In this document: positions 38,678 to 48,264 of the stretch, piece after piece
How positions within the stretch are numbered: the stretch's first letter is position 1
Layout of the letters: each line of letters begins with the position of its first letter
DNA from: Elusimicrobiota bacterium
GTDB taxonomy: Bacteria; Elusimicrobiota; Elusimicrobia; F11
NCBI GenBank assembly: GCA_046153645.1
Contig: JBJXGI010000092.1
Location: 1 to 51,842 of the forward strand
DNA: 51,842 nt
Direction of reading: 5' to 3'
Program-made: the position numbers and the translations under genes
Notes under the pieces: model-generated
What the model was told of the DNA's origin: nothing
Database searches by the model: none
Seen by the model: the letters and a program-made list of their open reading frames with translations, nothing else

Positions 38678-40735
38678 CTATCGTCTTCTTTTTTTCTCGA
38701 ATTTTCGAAAACTACCTGAATGACTTTTTTCTTTATGTGATGATTCAGAATGTTTTAGTTGGAAATCCAATTGTCTTTTTACAATATTCGCTGCGGCCAA
38801 TTGAACTTTTACTTTTTGGCCCATGGAGAATATTTTTCCTGTGCGCCGGCCTGTTAATATCATGCGCGCTTCATCGTAAATAAAATAATCATTCCCTAAA
38901 TTTGTTATGTGAACCAAACCTTCCACAAAATAAGCCTCAAGTTCAACAAAAAATCCAAAGTTGGTCACACTAGATATGGTACCGGCAAAAGTTTCTCCTA
39001 CGTGAGGCTCCATAAATCGAACTTTTTGAACGTCCAAAAATTCTCTTTCAGCCTCGACGGCAATTCTTTCTCGTTTGGACGTATTTTCACATAAAGAAGG
39101 TAACTTTTCGATCCAGTGGCTTGTTCGCTGAATACTTTTCATTCGTTCTTTGAGAAGTCGATGAACAATCAAATCAGGATAACGGCGAATGGGCGATGTA
39201 AAGTGCGTATAACTTTCCGATGCTAACCCATAGTGCCCTTTGTCATGAGGTGAATATATCGCTTGCTTAAGACTTCGAAGAATCATCATATGAACCATCG
39301 TTTGATAAGGTGATTTTTCTGCCGCTGATAAAATACTTTGAAGAGCTGAAGGGCGCGAGATATCTCTATTATTAGAAATAGGAAGACCCAACGTTTCTAA
39401 TGATTTAAAAAGTTTTTCTACCCGGGCCGGATCAGGTGTTTCATGAATTCGGTAAACAAAAGGATGACCCTTCATGTGTTTGGCGACTGTTTCATTGGCT
39501 AAAAGCATAAAGTCTTCAATAAGCCGATGAGCTTCTAATCTGGAACGACGACGAATATCGAGCGGTTTCCCATCAAGACCTGTAATTACATAAGGTTCTG
39601 GAAAATCAAAATCAAGTGATCCTCGCCCAAACCTCTTTTTTCTTAAAAGAGCAGCCACTTTCCCCATTTCACGAACGTCACTGATAATTCGAGGGTCAAG
39701 ATCAAGCGGATTGGCCCCTTTTAAAATTTCCTCAACTTCCTCATATGTAAACCGTTTTGAGCTTCGTATAGCACTCTCAACAATTCGATGGTTTTTAACC
39801 TCACCGTCATGGCCAATATCCATTAGACAAGAAAGAGTTAAACGCACACAATCAGGACGCAAACTACACAAACCATCTGACAACGAAAAAGGAAGCATCG
39901 GCAGAACATTCCCGGTTAAATAAACACTTGTTCCTCGACTTTCAGCTTCTTTATCTAAATCTGAACCCTCTTTGACATAATGGGAAACATCCGCAATATG
40001 AACACCCAATTGCCAACCATTTTCAATAGGTTCAAGTGAAACGGCATCATCAAAATCTTTGGCATCGGCACCATCGATGGTAAAAACTCGGTTGTCAAAA
40101 AATAATTCTCGCGTGGGTTGTAAATAATCAGTCTCCCGCACTTCAGTTCCAAAATATTCAGCTTCTTTTTCTACCGGTTCGGGGAATTCATTTGAAAGGT
40201 CGTAACGTTGAATCACTTCTTTTAAGTCAACACCAGGACTGTCTTTAGCCCCAATAATTTCAACCAATTCACCAGCAGGAATATCTCGCCCAGTTGGCCA
40301 GCGGGTAATTTTAGCCACAACAATATCACCCACTTTTGGAGAAAACTTTTTTAAATCCAAAAGCCGAACCATCTGTTCATTATCCAACGCAACCACTGCC
40401 ATATTTCCAAGCCGCTTAAAGGTTCCAACAGCCTTATCTCGCGCGCGTTTAATAACCGCCGTAATAACGCCGGAACGACGATTATCGTGATCTATCCCAA
40501 TAACATGGGCTTTAACTCGATCGCCGTTCATGGCAAGTTTCAAACTATTGCCTTGGATTAAAACATCTCCAATCTTGGGATCCTCGGAAAGAACAAAACC
40601 AAATTTCCCCTTCAATTGAAGCGCCCCTTCAACAAAAACTTTTTCATTTGGTTTTAGTTTTGGAGACTCAGAATGAGTTTTATTTTTCTTTTCGGTAAAA
40701 AATTTCCGGTGAGATTTATTAATTTTACGAGACAT
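38678..40735 (-). CDS. rnr: Ribonuclease R
   Basis: FTIDGADAKDFDDA, HIADVSHYV, YTHFTSPIRRYPDL, S1 domain, basic tail. Confidence 0.95.
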   Translation of the reverse strand: MSRKINKSHRKFFTEKKNKTHSESPKLKPNEKVFVEGALQLKGKFGFVLSEDPKIGDVLIQGNSLKLAMNGDRVKAHVIGIDHDNRRSGVITAVIKRARDKAVGTFKRLGNMAVVALDNEQMVRLLDLKKFSPKVGDIVVAKITRWPTGRDIPAGELVEIIGAKDSPGVDLKEVIQRYDLSNEFPEPVEKEAEYFGTEVRETDYLQPTRELFFDNRVFTIDGADAKDFDDAVSLEPIENGWQLGVHIADVSHYVKEGSDLDKEAESRGTSVYLTGNVLPMLPFSLSDGLCSLRPDCVRLTLSCLMDIGHDGEVKNHRIVESAIRSSKRFTYEEVEEILKGANPLDLDPRIISDVREMGKVAALLRKKRFGRGSLDFDFPEPYVITGLDGKPLDIRRRSRLEAHRLIEDFMLLANETVAKHMKGHPFVYRIHETPDPARVEKLFKSLETLGLPISNNRDISRPSALQSILSAAEKSPYQTMVHMMILRSLKQAIYSPHDKGHYGLASESYTHFTSPIRRYPDLIVHRLLKERMKSIQRTSHWIEKLPSLCENTSKRERIAVEAEREFLDVQKVRFMEPHVGETFAGTISSVTNFGFFVELEAYFVEGLVHITNLGNDYFIYDEARMILTGRRTGKIFSMGQKVKVQLAAANIVKRQLDFQLKHSESSHKEKSHSGSFRKFEKKRRR

Positions 40736-41322
40736 TAAACGGCCAATTCCTTAATGACATCTCGTTGCAGTATCGGAATGCCATAGTTTTTTTTAGCGCT
40801 GACAAGCAAAACATCTTCAGGAAGAAGACCTAATTGAGCTGCAATTTGAGCGCGATTCTGTATTTGTTTTTCCCGACCAATTTTATCGGACTTCGTCGCC
40901 ACTATTTGAAATGGAATATTTTTCTGGGTTAACCATTGTCCCATCAAAACATCTGTTTTACTGGTCCCCACATCGGCATCAACAAGTAAATAAACGCATT
41001 TCAAACTTTGACGCTCCAACAAATAGCGACCAATCATTTCCGGCCAATAATTTCGTTCACGTTCAGGTCCTACCGCATACCCGTAACCTGGCAAATCGAC
41101 CAACCACTTCCTTGGTTTTACTTCATAGATATTAATTGTTCTTGTCGCTCCCGGTGTTTTTGAAACTCGCGCTAATGTCCGATTATTTGTTATCGCATTT
41201 AAAACTGAACTTTTTCCCACATTAGATCGCCCAATAAACACCACTTCCGCCTCAGCAATGGGAAGTCGCTCATGCGCGGTCTCAGCAAAAATAAAATGAG
41301 CACCATGCAAAGGCTCTCTCAT
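40735..41322 (-). CDS. engB: GTP-binding protein EngB/YsxC
   Basis: GRSNVGKSS, SKTPG.T, DLPGYG, TKSDK. Confidence 0.94.
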   Translation of the reverse strand: MREPLHGAHFIFAETAHERLPIAEAEVVFIGRSNVGKSSVLNAITNNRTLARVSKTPGATRTINIYEVKPRKWLVDLPGYGYAVGPERERNYWPEMIGRYLLERQSLKCVYLLVDADVGTSKTDVLMGQWLTQKNIPFQIVATKSDKIGREKQIQNRAQIAAQLGLLPEDVLLVSAKKNYGIPILQRDVIKELAV

Positions 41323-41325
41323 TTT

Positions 41326-41727
41326 TTAAGCAACAGCTTCAGAGCGATATTCAACACTTAATTTACACTTCACTTCGCAGCCGCATAAATCGGTAGTACT
41401 ATAAAGGGTATTCGCGCATTGAGCACGGCCTTCACCTGTTTCCTGGCGTGACCTTACCACTGATTCAATTTTGCTTTGAAGATTAATTTCACCATCACCA
41501 CAACCGCCTGGGCATTCTGAAATAAAATCAACTGAATCTCCTGGGTTGTATTCAAAATGATCCTCACGAAGAATATGCCCCGCTCGACTTAAAAATTCAA
41601 TATCTAACACCAGTCGTTCCACCTCAGGGAAGAAACTTCTCAATGGTGGCAGGCTCACTTGATTGCGCTGACTTTTTTGTTGGTTTTTATTTGGACTTCT
41701 AATAATTCTTCTTTTTTTGAAAGGCAT
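41326..41727 (-). CDS. Cys-rich hypothetical protein with basic N-terminus
   Basis: 133-aa ORF, CPGGC...C...CGC...C; 3 nt from engB start. Confidence 0.7.
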   Translation of the reverse strand: MPFKKRRIIRSPNKNQQKSQRNQVSLPPLRSFFPEVERLVLDIEFLSRAGHILREDHFEYNPGDSVDFISECPGGCGDGEINLQSKIESVVRSRQETGEGRAQCANTLYSTTDLCGCEVKCKLSVEYRSEAVA

Positions 41728-41809
41728 ATAGGTTTTTTCTCACATGAAGGTCTTTTCGGAAGCTTTAAGAAAACAACCTCTAAAAATAATTTCTAATACA
41801 TTCTCCAAT

Positions 41810-41854
41810 AAAAAAAACTCCATGAACAGCTCAAATGAACCATTCATGGAGTTT
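41810..41854 (-). terminator. Putative Rho-independent terminator
   Basis: 12-bp stem AAACTCCATGAA(41815-41826)/TTCATGGAGTTT(41843-41854) with T-run on minus strand. Confidence 0.65.
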
Positions 41855-41878
41855 GTTAAGCATGCAAATAATTTAATT

Positions 41879-41917
41879 CTATTTCTTTTTTTTCTTAGCT
41901 TTCTTTTTGGCTGCCAT
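41879..41917 (-). CDS. Putative 12-aa Lys-rich peptide MAAKKKAKKKKK
   Basis: AAAAGGAG SD 5 nt before ATG, TAG stop, terminator immediately downstream. Confidence 0.55.
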   Translation of the reverse strand: MAAKKKAKKKKK

Positions 41918-41931
41918 AGAATCTCCTTTTC

Positions 41932-42171
41932 TCAACGATTTTTAAACACGCGGTGGTATTGCGAACCGTCGTAGTGAGATTGCATCGCCTCTTTCAACTC
42001 ACCTTTCGGATGTTTTATTGATGCGAGAACTTCTCTGAAGGTTAATGCGCCTTTCATAAAGCTGGTGTAATCTTTAAAAAAGGACCGATAATTTTCTTCA
42101 TCAATGTTTTTATCTTTCAAACTGCTGAGGCATAATTGCAAAAGTTTTTTTTCATCTTTATTCATAATCAT
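41932..42171 (-). CDS. Small hypothetical protein
   Basis: 79-aa ORF with protein-like composition; no recognised motif. Confidence 0.55.
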   Translation of the reverse strand: MIMNKDEKKLLQLCLSSLKDKNIDEENYRSFFKDYTSFMKGALTFREVLASIKHPKGELKEAMQSHYDGSQYHRVFKNR

Positions 42172-42347
42172 ACCTTACAACATACGTAGTATGTAAGGGG
42201 AAAATATTTTTTTTTGAAGATAAAAAAATGACTTAACTTTCTTTTTTAACGCAAACCTCTACGAGGAAGGAACTCTCATCTTGACGGATATCAACCTCCA
42301 CCGCGCAATCAACAACATTTGGGAATGATCAATTAAAGTAAATGATG

Positions 42348-42543
42348 TACGGAACCGATAATAAACTCAAACAACACTATGAACTTACTTTTGGTGCAAG
42401 CTATGGAAAAAAATTGTAATTCCCTTGAATCTGAAATGCGCAAAGATAAACTATATCTTTGATTATCAAATAACGAGAGAATTGGAGCAGGACTTGGGCT
42501 TTCCATTGTCCAAGAAACCACTCTCACAATCGTATTTCCAATA
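42348..42543 (+). pseudogene. Eroded histidine kinase HATPase remnant
   Basis: YGTDNKLKQ (frameshift) MNLLLVQAMEK...LYL*LSNN..GAGLGLSIVQE TTLTIVFP: N, G1 and G2 box traces with deletions. Confidence 0.65.
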
Positions 42544-42573
42544 AATAAAACCAAGAAATTTAAGGATAAAAAC

Positions 42574-42999
42574 ATGTCAACTCCCATTAAAATATTAATT
42601 GTCGACGATGAAAAAGAAACGACAGATATGCTGGTCCGATATTTTAAATTAGAGAATTACGATGCGACTGCCTGCAACACCCCGATCGAAGCACTCAACC
42701 TTATAAAAAATGACAACTTTCTTGTTTGTATTTTAGATATTCAGATGCCTGAAATGAACGGAATAGATTTACTTAAAAAAATAAAACAAATCAATGGAAT
42801 GACCGGTGTGATTATGATGTCGGATCACGCATCAACTGAAAACATTTTGACCTGTTTAAGAAGAGGAGCTGAGACATGTTTTTTAAAACCAATATCTGAC
42901 CTTAGCGAATTAAAAAAAATTGTCGACACTCTTATCAAACGATTTAAAACCTGGCAAAAACTTATTCAAAAACTAACAAATCAATCGAAAAATTCTTAA
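42574..42999 (+). CDS. Single-domain response regulator receiver
   Basis: ILIVDDE, LDIQMPEMNG, FLKP. Confidence 0.92.
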   Translation: MSTPIKILIVDDEKETTDMLVRYFKLENYDATACNTPIEALNLIKNDNFLVCILDIQMPEMNGIDLLKKIKQINGMTGVIMMSDHASTENILTCLRRGAETCFLKPISDLSELKKIVDTLIKRFKTWQKLIQKLTNQSKNS

Positions 43000-43064
43000 G
43001 TAAGGAGGCCTTCTACCTTATAAAACCAATTGATTGCTGCGCTCTTAGAGAAAAATAAAACAAT

Positions 43065-44678
43065 TTACATTTTCTTAGGAAAACGAACAGTAAAAATACT
43101 CCCTTTATTTACTTCGCTTTCGACATAAATGTGACCTTTCATTAACTCACAGAATCTGCGACTAATCGCCAGACCCAAACCAGCCCCACCATATTTTCGA
43201 GTGGTCGAATTATCCACTTGGTTAAATTCTTCAAATATTTTTTCCTGATTTTCAGGACTTATTCCGATCCCGGTATCTTTCACTCTAAATTCAACCCATC
43301 TTTGCGATTTTTCAAACATATGACGAACAGTTAAAGTCACAACACCATTTCGGGTGAATTTAGTGGCGTTATTTAACAAATTAAAAATAACTTGGGTTAT
43401 TTTAGTTAGATCCCCATTCATTTCTCCCATATTTTCCTGACAATCAACAATCAATTCATTGTTATTTTCTTTCATTATGGGATTAAGGAGATGCGTCATA
43501 TCTTTAACAGCGCCAGCAATATCAAAAATTTCTGTGTTCAGCTGCATTTTTCCAGATTCAATTTTTGATAAATCGAGAATATCACCAATGAGTCTCAGTA
43601 GATGTTTCCCCGCAGATTGAATTTCACAAAGATCACTAATACTTTTTTCATTTAACTTTTCACTTTCTTCTTCCAATAGGATCTCGCTATATCCGAGAAT
43701 AGCGTTAAGCGGTGTTCGTAATTCATGACTCATATTCGTCAAAAATGATGTTTTTACCTTACTAGCTTGCATGGCTTCATCATTGGCCAATATAAGTGCT
43801 TGGTTTGATTTTTGTAATTCAACCGTTCTTTCTCCAACTCTTTTTTCCAGCATCTCATTGCTTTCATTTAATGCCAAAGTCAATTTATGAAGCTTAACCA
43901 GCGTATATAAAACATACCCAATCAAAAAAAAGCTTATTAAAATAAAAAAGAAACGATAGAAGTTACTTTCATGAATCATATTCTCTTGATATTTTGAAAA
44001 AGAGTGGAATAATTTTTCACCAGAAGCCCTTACAGGAGAGTTTAAGAATTGAGACAATAAACGATCAACCGAATCTCTCTTTTCTAAAATAAGGTCAGCA
44101 TGAGCAACGGCTTGCCTTAAATCTTCAGTTGATAACGTGGGATGAGACTTTAACCCGATCTTTAAGTCCGATACTGTTTTAAGAGCTAAATCTCGAGACG
44201 CTTCATCAGGATAAAGACTATATATCAATATATTTTCTAAAAATTTATTCTTTTTCGATTCGGATATCGTTCCATGAATGTTTCTAACAATCGAAGGAAA
44301 ATAACGAGATGAATTTTGGAGTTTCGCATTTTCTGATTTTAATTCCTCAACTATTGTTTCTCTCTCGTTTAAAAATTTACGATAAAAAACAAGTTCGTTT
44401 TTAAAAATAGGTGAATGCTGTAATTGACTTTCATCAAGGGTACTGGCAATTTCAACTAATCTACGTAAGGTATGGCTTAAGGGGTCGTAAGATTTCAAAT
44501 CTCCAATTCTAAGTCTTAACACATCTTGATTTAAAGTTGTATTTAATTCTCTTAGCTCTCGCAACCTTAAACCCATATCTTGAAACTCTGTAATGTTTAT
44601 TGAATTTGTTCGTAAAAACAAAAATAGAAATATGACAATAAAAACAGAAAAAATTAATTTATTGTTAAAGGCTCTCAC
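43065..44678 (-). CDS. Sensor histidine kinase with DAHL-like periplasmic domain
   Basis: Two TMs around LNQDVLR..YDPL...KSENA.LQNS.RYFP; MSHELRTPLN, NLLNNATKFT, DTGIG, GAGLGL. Confidence 0.9.
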   Translation of the reverse strand: MRAFNNKLIFSVFIVIFLFLFLRTNSINITEFQDMGLRLRELRELNTTLNQDVLRLRIGDLKSYDPLSHTLRRLVEIASTLDESQLQHSPIFKNELVFYRKFLNERETIVEELKSENAKLQNSSRYFPSIVRNIHGTISESKKNKFLENILIYSLYPDEASRDLALKTVSDLKIGLKSHPTLSTEDLRQAVAHADLILEKRDSVDRLLSQFLNSPVRASGEKLFHSFSKYQENMIHESNFYRFFFILISFFLIGYVLYTLVKLHKLTLALNESNEMLEKRVGERTVELQKSNQALILANDEAMQASKVKTSFLTNMSHELRTPLNAILGYSEILLEEESEKLNEKSISDLCEIQSAGKHLLRLIGDILDLSKIESGKMQLNTEIFDIAGAVKDMTHLLNPIMKENNNELIVDCQENMGEMNGDLTKITQVIFNLLNNATKFTRNGVVTLTVRHMFEKSQRWVEFRVKDTGIGISPENQEKIFEEFNQVDNSTTRKYGGAGLGLAISRRFCELMKGHIYVESEVNKGSIFTVRFPKKM

Positions 44679-46024
44679 TGCAGTCCTTCTTGGTTTAATT
44701 TCCCTGTTAATGTTTTTAAAAATTTAACAATAAACATTAATTCACGATTTGATAACGATCGACCCAACTGATATTTCGCCATTACTTGAACGGCCTTTTC
44801 AAGCGTTTCAGCAGACCCATCATGAAAATAGGGAGCTGTCAGCTCAACATTTCTTAGGCTTGGGACTTTAAATTTAAAACGATCTTTTTCGTCTCCAGTA
44901 ACATTGAATCGACCATAGTCGCTTCTACCAACATTTCCGCGGTCTTTGAAATAATCACCAAAGGCACCCATTTTTTCAAACATATTTCCACCCACATTGA
45001 TTCCCTGATGGCAAGAAACGCATCCTAAATTCTTAAAAAGTTGATAACCTTGAACTTCTTCAGGTGATAAAGCGGTTTTATCTCCCAAAAGGTACTGATC
45101 TAACGAACAACCAGGGGTTATTAGGGAGCGCTCAAAAGTGGCAATGGCATCTTTAATATTTTTTTCTGAAATAATATCTTGGTAAACCAAATTAAATTCT
45201 TTTTGATAATAATCATCACTCTTTAATTTTCCAATAACTTCTGGCCAATGACTCCCCATCTCAACAACATTCATAAGCGGGCCATCAATTTGATCCTCCA
45301 GCGTTTCAACTCGACCATCCCAAAACTGCTTAAAATTAAAACCACTATTCAAAACCGTAGGCGCGTTTATACCACCCATGACTCCATTTATTCCAGCAGA
45401 GACAACCTTCCCATCATCTCCCCCACTTTGAATGTCATGACAGCTGGCGCAAGAAATCGTGTTATTTTTTGATAAACGGACGTCATTAAACAGTTTATTT
45501 CCCAAGGCAACTTTTCTGGTATCGAGGTTTATTTTTTCAGGAATAGGTTGAATAGGCTCATTCATTAAAATAATTGAGCTTTGTTCTCCAGTATGATCTT
45601 TTAATTTTTTACCAAGCCAATCCATGAATTCTTCTTTTTCGCGTTTGGTTAAACTTGAAGACCAATGAAGAATCTTATATCTCAAAGGTGGCATACTCTC
45701 TTGCAATAAAACTTCTTGAAGAGACTTTAACAACCCTGTGTTTATATTTTCTTTTGAAGAGATCATTTCATTGATATTAAATCGCTGACGTCCATTTTTT
45801 ACATCGTTATCAATTATTTTTTTTGCTAATGGCCATTTATAATAAAAGGGATGTTTTGTTTTTTGGGAGTGACAATCAGCGCATTTTGATTCAAGAATGG
45901 GTTTTATTTTTTCATCAAATACGGCTCCTATATCAACCTCTTTGATCTGAGAGAAAAGGGGCTTCGCATTTTCAAAAAAAATAAAATATGAAATAACCAA
46001 AAATGACTTAATCGTTATTTTCAT
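44675..46024 (-). CDS. Cytochrome c peroxidase family protein with extra N-terminal haem domain (tri-haem)
   Basis: CADCH, CASCH, CVSCH; QFWDGR, FKVPSLRNV, APYFHDGS, MAKYQLG. Confidence 0.92.
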   Translation of the reverse strand: MKITIKSFLVISYFIFFENAKPLFSQIKEVDIGAVFDEKIKPILESKCADCHSQKTKHPFYYKWPLAKKIIDNDVKNGRQRFNINEMISSKENINTGLLKSLQEVLLQESMPPLRYKILHWSSSLTKREKEEFMDWLGKKLKDHTGEQSSIILMNEPIQPIPEKINLDTRKVALGNKLFNDVRLSKNNTISCASCHDIQSGGDDGKVVSAGINGVMGGINAPTVLNSGFNFKQFWDGRVETLEDQIDGPLMNVVEMGSHWPEVIGKLKSDDYYQKEFNLVYQDIISEKNIKDAIATFERSLITPGCSLDQYLLGDKTALSPEEVQGYQLFKNLGCVSCHQGINVGGNMFEKMGAFGDYFKDRGNVGRSDYGRFNVTGDEKDRFKFKVPSLRNVELTAPYFHDGSAETLEKAVQVMAKYQLGRSLSNRELMFIVKFLKTLTGKLNQEGLQ

Positions 46025-46395
46025 TGTGAACCCAAACTCATTAACTTTTCCATTTTTTCTAGCAACCGAATAAAATCAATCGGTTTGGTTTCATATTCGT
46101 CACAACCGGCACTCAACGCTTTTTCACGGTCCCCTTGCATGGCGTGAGCCGTTACGGCAATAACAGGAATCAATTTGGTTTTTTCATTTGATTTAATTTG
46201 TCGAGTGGCTTCCCAGCCATCGATAAGAGGGAGACTTAAGTCCATCAAAATAAGATCAGGAAGAGTTTCAAATGCCTTCTGAACACCTTCTTGACCATTG
46301 AGGGCAAGGATAACTTCAAATCCTTTTTTAAGTAACCGGCGAGCAAGTAAATCCCGATTCACCTGATTATCTTCAACTACAAGTATCTTTTGCAT
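46021..46395 (-). CDS. Single-domain response regulator (DivK-like)
   Basis: ATG 46395 after GGAGG; ILVVEDN, LMDLSLP, IAVTAHAM, TKP. Confidence 0.93.
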   Translation of the reverse strand: MQKILVVEDNQVNRDLLARRLLKKGFEVILALNGQEGVQKAFETLPDLILMDLSLPLIDGWEATRQIKSNEKTKLIPVIAVTAHAMQGDREKALSAGCDEYETKPIDFIRLLEKMEKLMSLGSQ

Positions 46396-46420
46396 AAACA
46401 GAGACCTCCAATACTTATCA

Positions 46421-46437
46421 GGCAATTTTGATGCCAA
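46421..46437 (-). promoter_or_regulatory. Sigma54-type -24/-12 promoter
   Basis: Minus strand TTGGCATCAAAATTGCC = GG-N10-GC, about 25 nt before the start codon. Confidence 0.65.
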
Positions 46438-46535
46438 GAAGCAATCAAAAACTATTGATATTCAATGATTAATGACAGAATTGAAACAGAAATACGAGGA
46501 ATTGGGAATTAAACCAGATTATTCAGGGTAATTAT

Positions 46536-47549
46536 TTAACGAAGGGAATGAAGGTAGATTTGATCAAAGATACCACCGTCAGAAAAATGCACTTTCTGCG
46601 CTTTCTGCCAACCACCAAAAACCTCATCGATAGTAAACAGTGTTAGCTTCGGGAAAGTAGTTGTATATTTGGCTGCAATAGTCACATTCCGCGGACGAAA
46701 ATAATTTTTAGCGGCAATTTCTTGACCCTCATTTGAATAGAGATAATCAAGATAAGCTTGTGTTACTTTTTTTGTACCTCTTCGATCAACAACTTTATCA
46801 ATAAGGGAAACAGTAGGCTCTGCAAGGATGGAAACGGAAGGAACAACAATTTCAAATTTATCCTGTCCTAACTGGTGAGCCGCTAAGAACGCTTCATTTT
46901 CCCATGAAATTTCAACATCGCCAATTCCACGTTGAGCAAAAGTAACAGTGGCCCCACGAGCGCCAGAGTCTAATACAGGAACATTTTTGTAAAGTTTGGT
47001 TACAAATTCTTTTGCCTTAGTCTCATCTTTATTCCATTTGTTGAGTGCATAACCCCAAGCAGCCAAATAATTCCAGCGAGCGCCACCAGAGGTTTTAGGA
47101 TTAGGCGTAATAACGGATACTCCTGGCTTTATCAAATCATCCCAATCTTTAATTTGTTTAGGATTCCCTTTCCGAACTAAAAAAACAATAGTGGAAGTGT
47201 ATGGAGCACTGTTGTTTGGCAAACGAGTCTGCCAATTTTTGGGGAGTAACCGCCCTTTTTCGGCAATCGCGTCAATGTCATAGGCAAGTGCCAAAGTGAC
47301 AAAATCAGCCTCAAGTCCATCAATAACCGCACGCGCCTGTTTACCTGAACCACCATGAGATTGATTAACAATAACATTCTCACCCGTTTTCCCTTTCCAA
47401 TAGGCTGCGAAAGCTTTATTAAAGTCTTGATAAAGTTCTCTCGTCGGGTCATAAGACACGTTTAAGAGAGTTATGTCTTTAGCAAGCGCGCTTTGATTTC
47501 CCAAAACGGCCATAGTGAATAATATGAGAATGAATATTTTAATTTTCAT
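46536..47549 (-). CDS. sbp: Sulfate ABC transporter substrate-binding protein
   Basis: [47 protein letters not shown]. Confidence 0.95.
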   Translation of the reverse strand: MKIKIFILILFTMAVLGNQSALAKDITLLNVSYDPTRELYQDFNKAFAAYWKGKTGENVIVNQSHGGSGKQARAVIDGLEADFVTLALAYDIDAIAEKGRLLPKNWQTRLPNNSAPYTSTIVFLVRKGNPKQIKDWDDLIKPGVSVITPNPKTSGGARWNYLAAWGYALNKWNKDETKAKEFVTKLYKNVPVLDSGARGATVTFAQRGIGDVEISWENEAFLAAHQLGQDKFEIVVPSVSILAEPTVSLIDKVVDRRGTKKVTQAYLDYLYSNEGQEIAAKNYFRPRNVTIAAKYTTTFPKLTLFTIDEVFGGWQKAQKVHFSDGGIFDQIYLHSLR

Positions 47550-47565
47550 TTAAAACCCATAATAA

Positions 47566-48264
47566 CTAATTCTTCTTCGTAAAAAATAATGATAATTCAA
47601 ATAATAAATAAGCGGGAATAGCCAGAAACATTTGACTAACCACATCCGGACCTGGAGTCATAATAGCGGAAACAAAAACAATACCTATAAAAATATGCCG
47701 ACGGTACACTTTAAATGTATCCACTTCAACAACACCCATTCTGATCAAGATATTGATCACGAGTGGCATTTGAAAAAATACACCGAACCCCAAGACCATC
47801 CAAAAAATAAAAGAAAGGTATGAATCTAATGAAATCATGGGTTTTAAATGAGGCGTACTAAAACCAAGTAAAAACTTAACTGCTAAGGGGGTCACTAGAA
47901 AAATTGCCACCAAGGCACCCGCCATAAGGAGGGCATAGGAAAAAGGGAGAATACTAAGAATAATTGACTTTTCTTTTATCGATAAAGCACGCCCAATAAA
48001 CTTCCAAATGTGATAGATAAATACGGGCAGTCCGAATAACACTCCCAATAAAAGCGCTATTTTTAATCTCAGGAAAAAAGCTTCTTGCGGAGAAGTAAAA
48101 ATGAAATCTCCCACCGGTTTTGCCAACCAATCAATTATAGGATCAACGAAGTGATAGGAAACAATCGAAAAAAAAATCCAAATAACAACCGAAGTAATGA
48201 TTCTTTTTCTGAGTTCTTCGAGATGATGAGTTAGTTTCTGAGGTTGGTCGATATCGCTGTTCAA
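47566..48264 (-). CDS. tatC: Twin-arginine translocase subunit TatC
   Basis: HLEELRKR, SPQEAF, FQMP, TPGPD, LFE. Confidence 0.93.
   Translation of the reverse strand: MNSDIDQPQKLTHHLEELRKRIITSVVIWIFFSIVSYHFVDPIIDWLAKPVGDFIFTSPQEAFFLRLKIALLLGVLFGLPVFIYHIWKFIGRALSIKEKSIILSILPFSYALLMAGALVAIFLVTPLAVKFLLGFSTPHLKPMISLDSYLSFIFWMVLGFGVFFQMPLVINILIRMGVVEVDTFKVYRRHIFIGIVFVSAIMTPGPDVVSQMFLAIPAYLLFELSLFFTKKN

Noticed and set aside
42460..42462. TGA as selenocysteine or read-through fusing kinase fragments to the receiver
   Set aside because: The position is not a Cys-type site and the surrounding domain is heavily deleted; pseudogene decay is simpler.
41744..42587. Track ORFs 41744-41974 (+) and 42333-42587 (-)
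   Set aside because: They run antisense across a terminator and micro-ORF, or across the kinase remnant; low-complexity translations.
46396..46437. N-terminal extension of the receiver from TTG 46437
   Set aside because: That TTG is part of the sigma54-type promoter; GGAGG supports ATG 46395.
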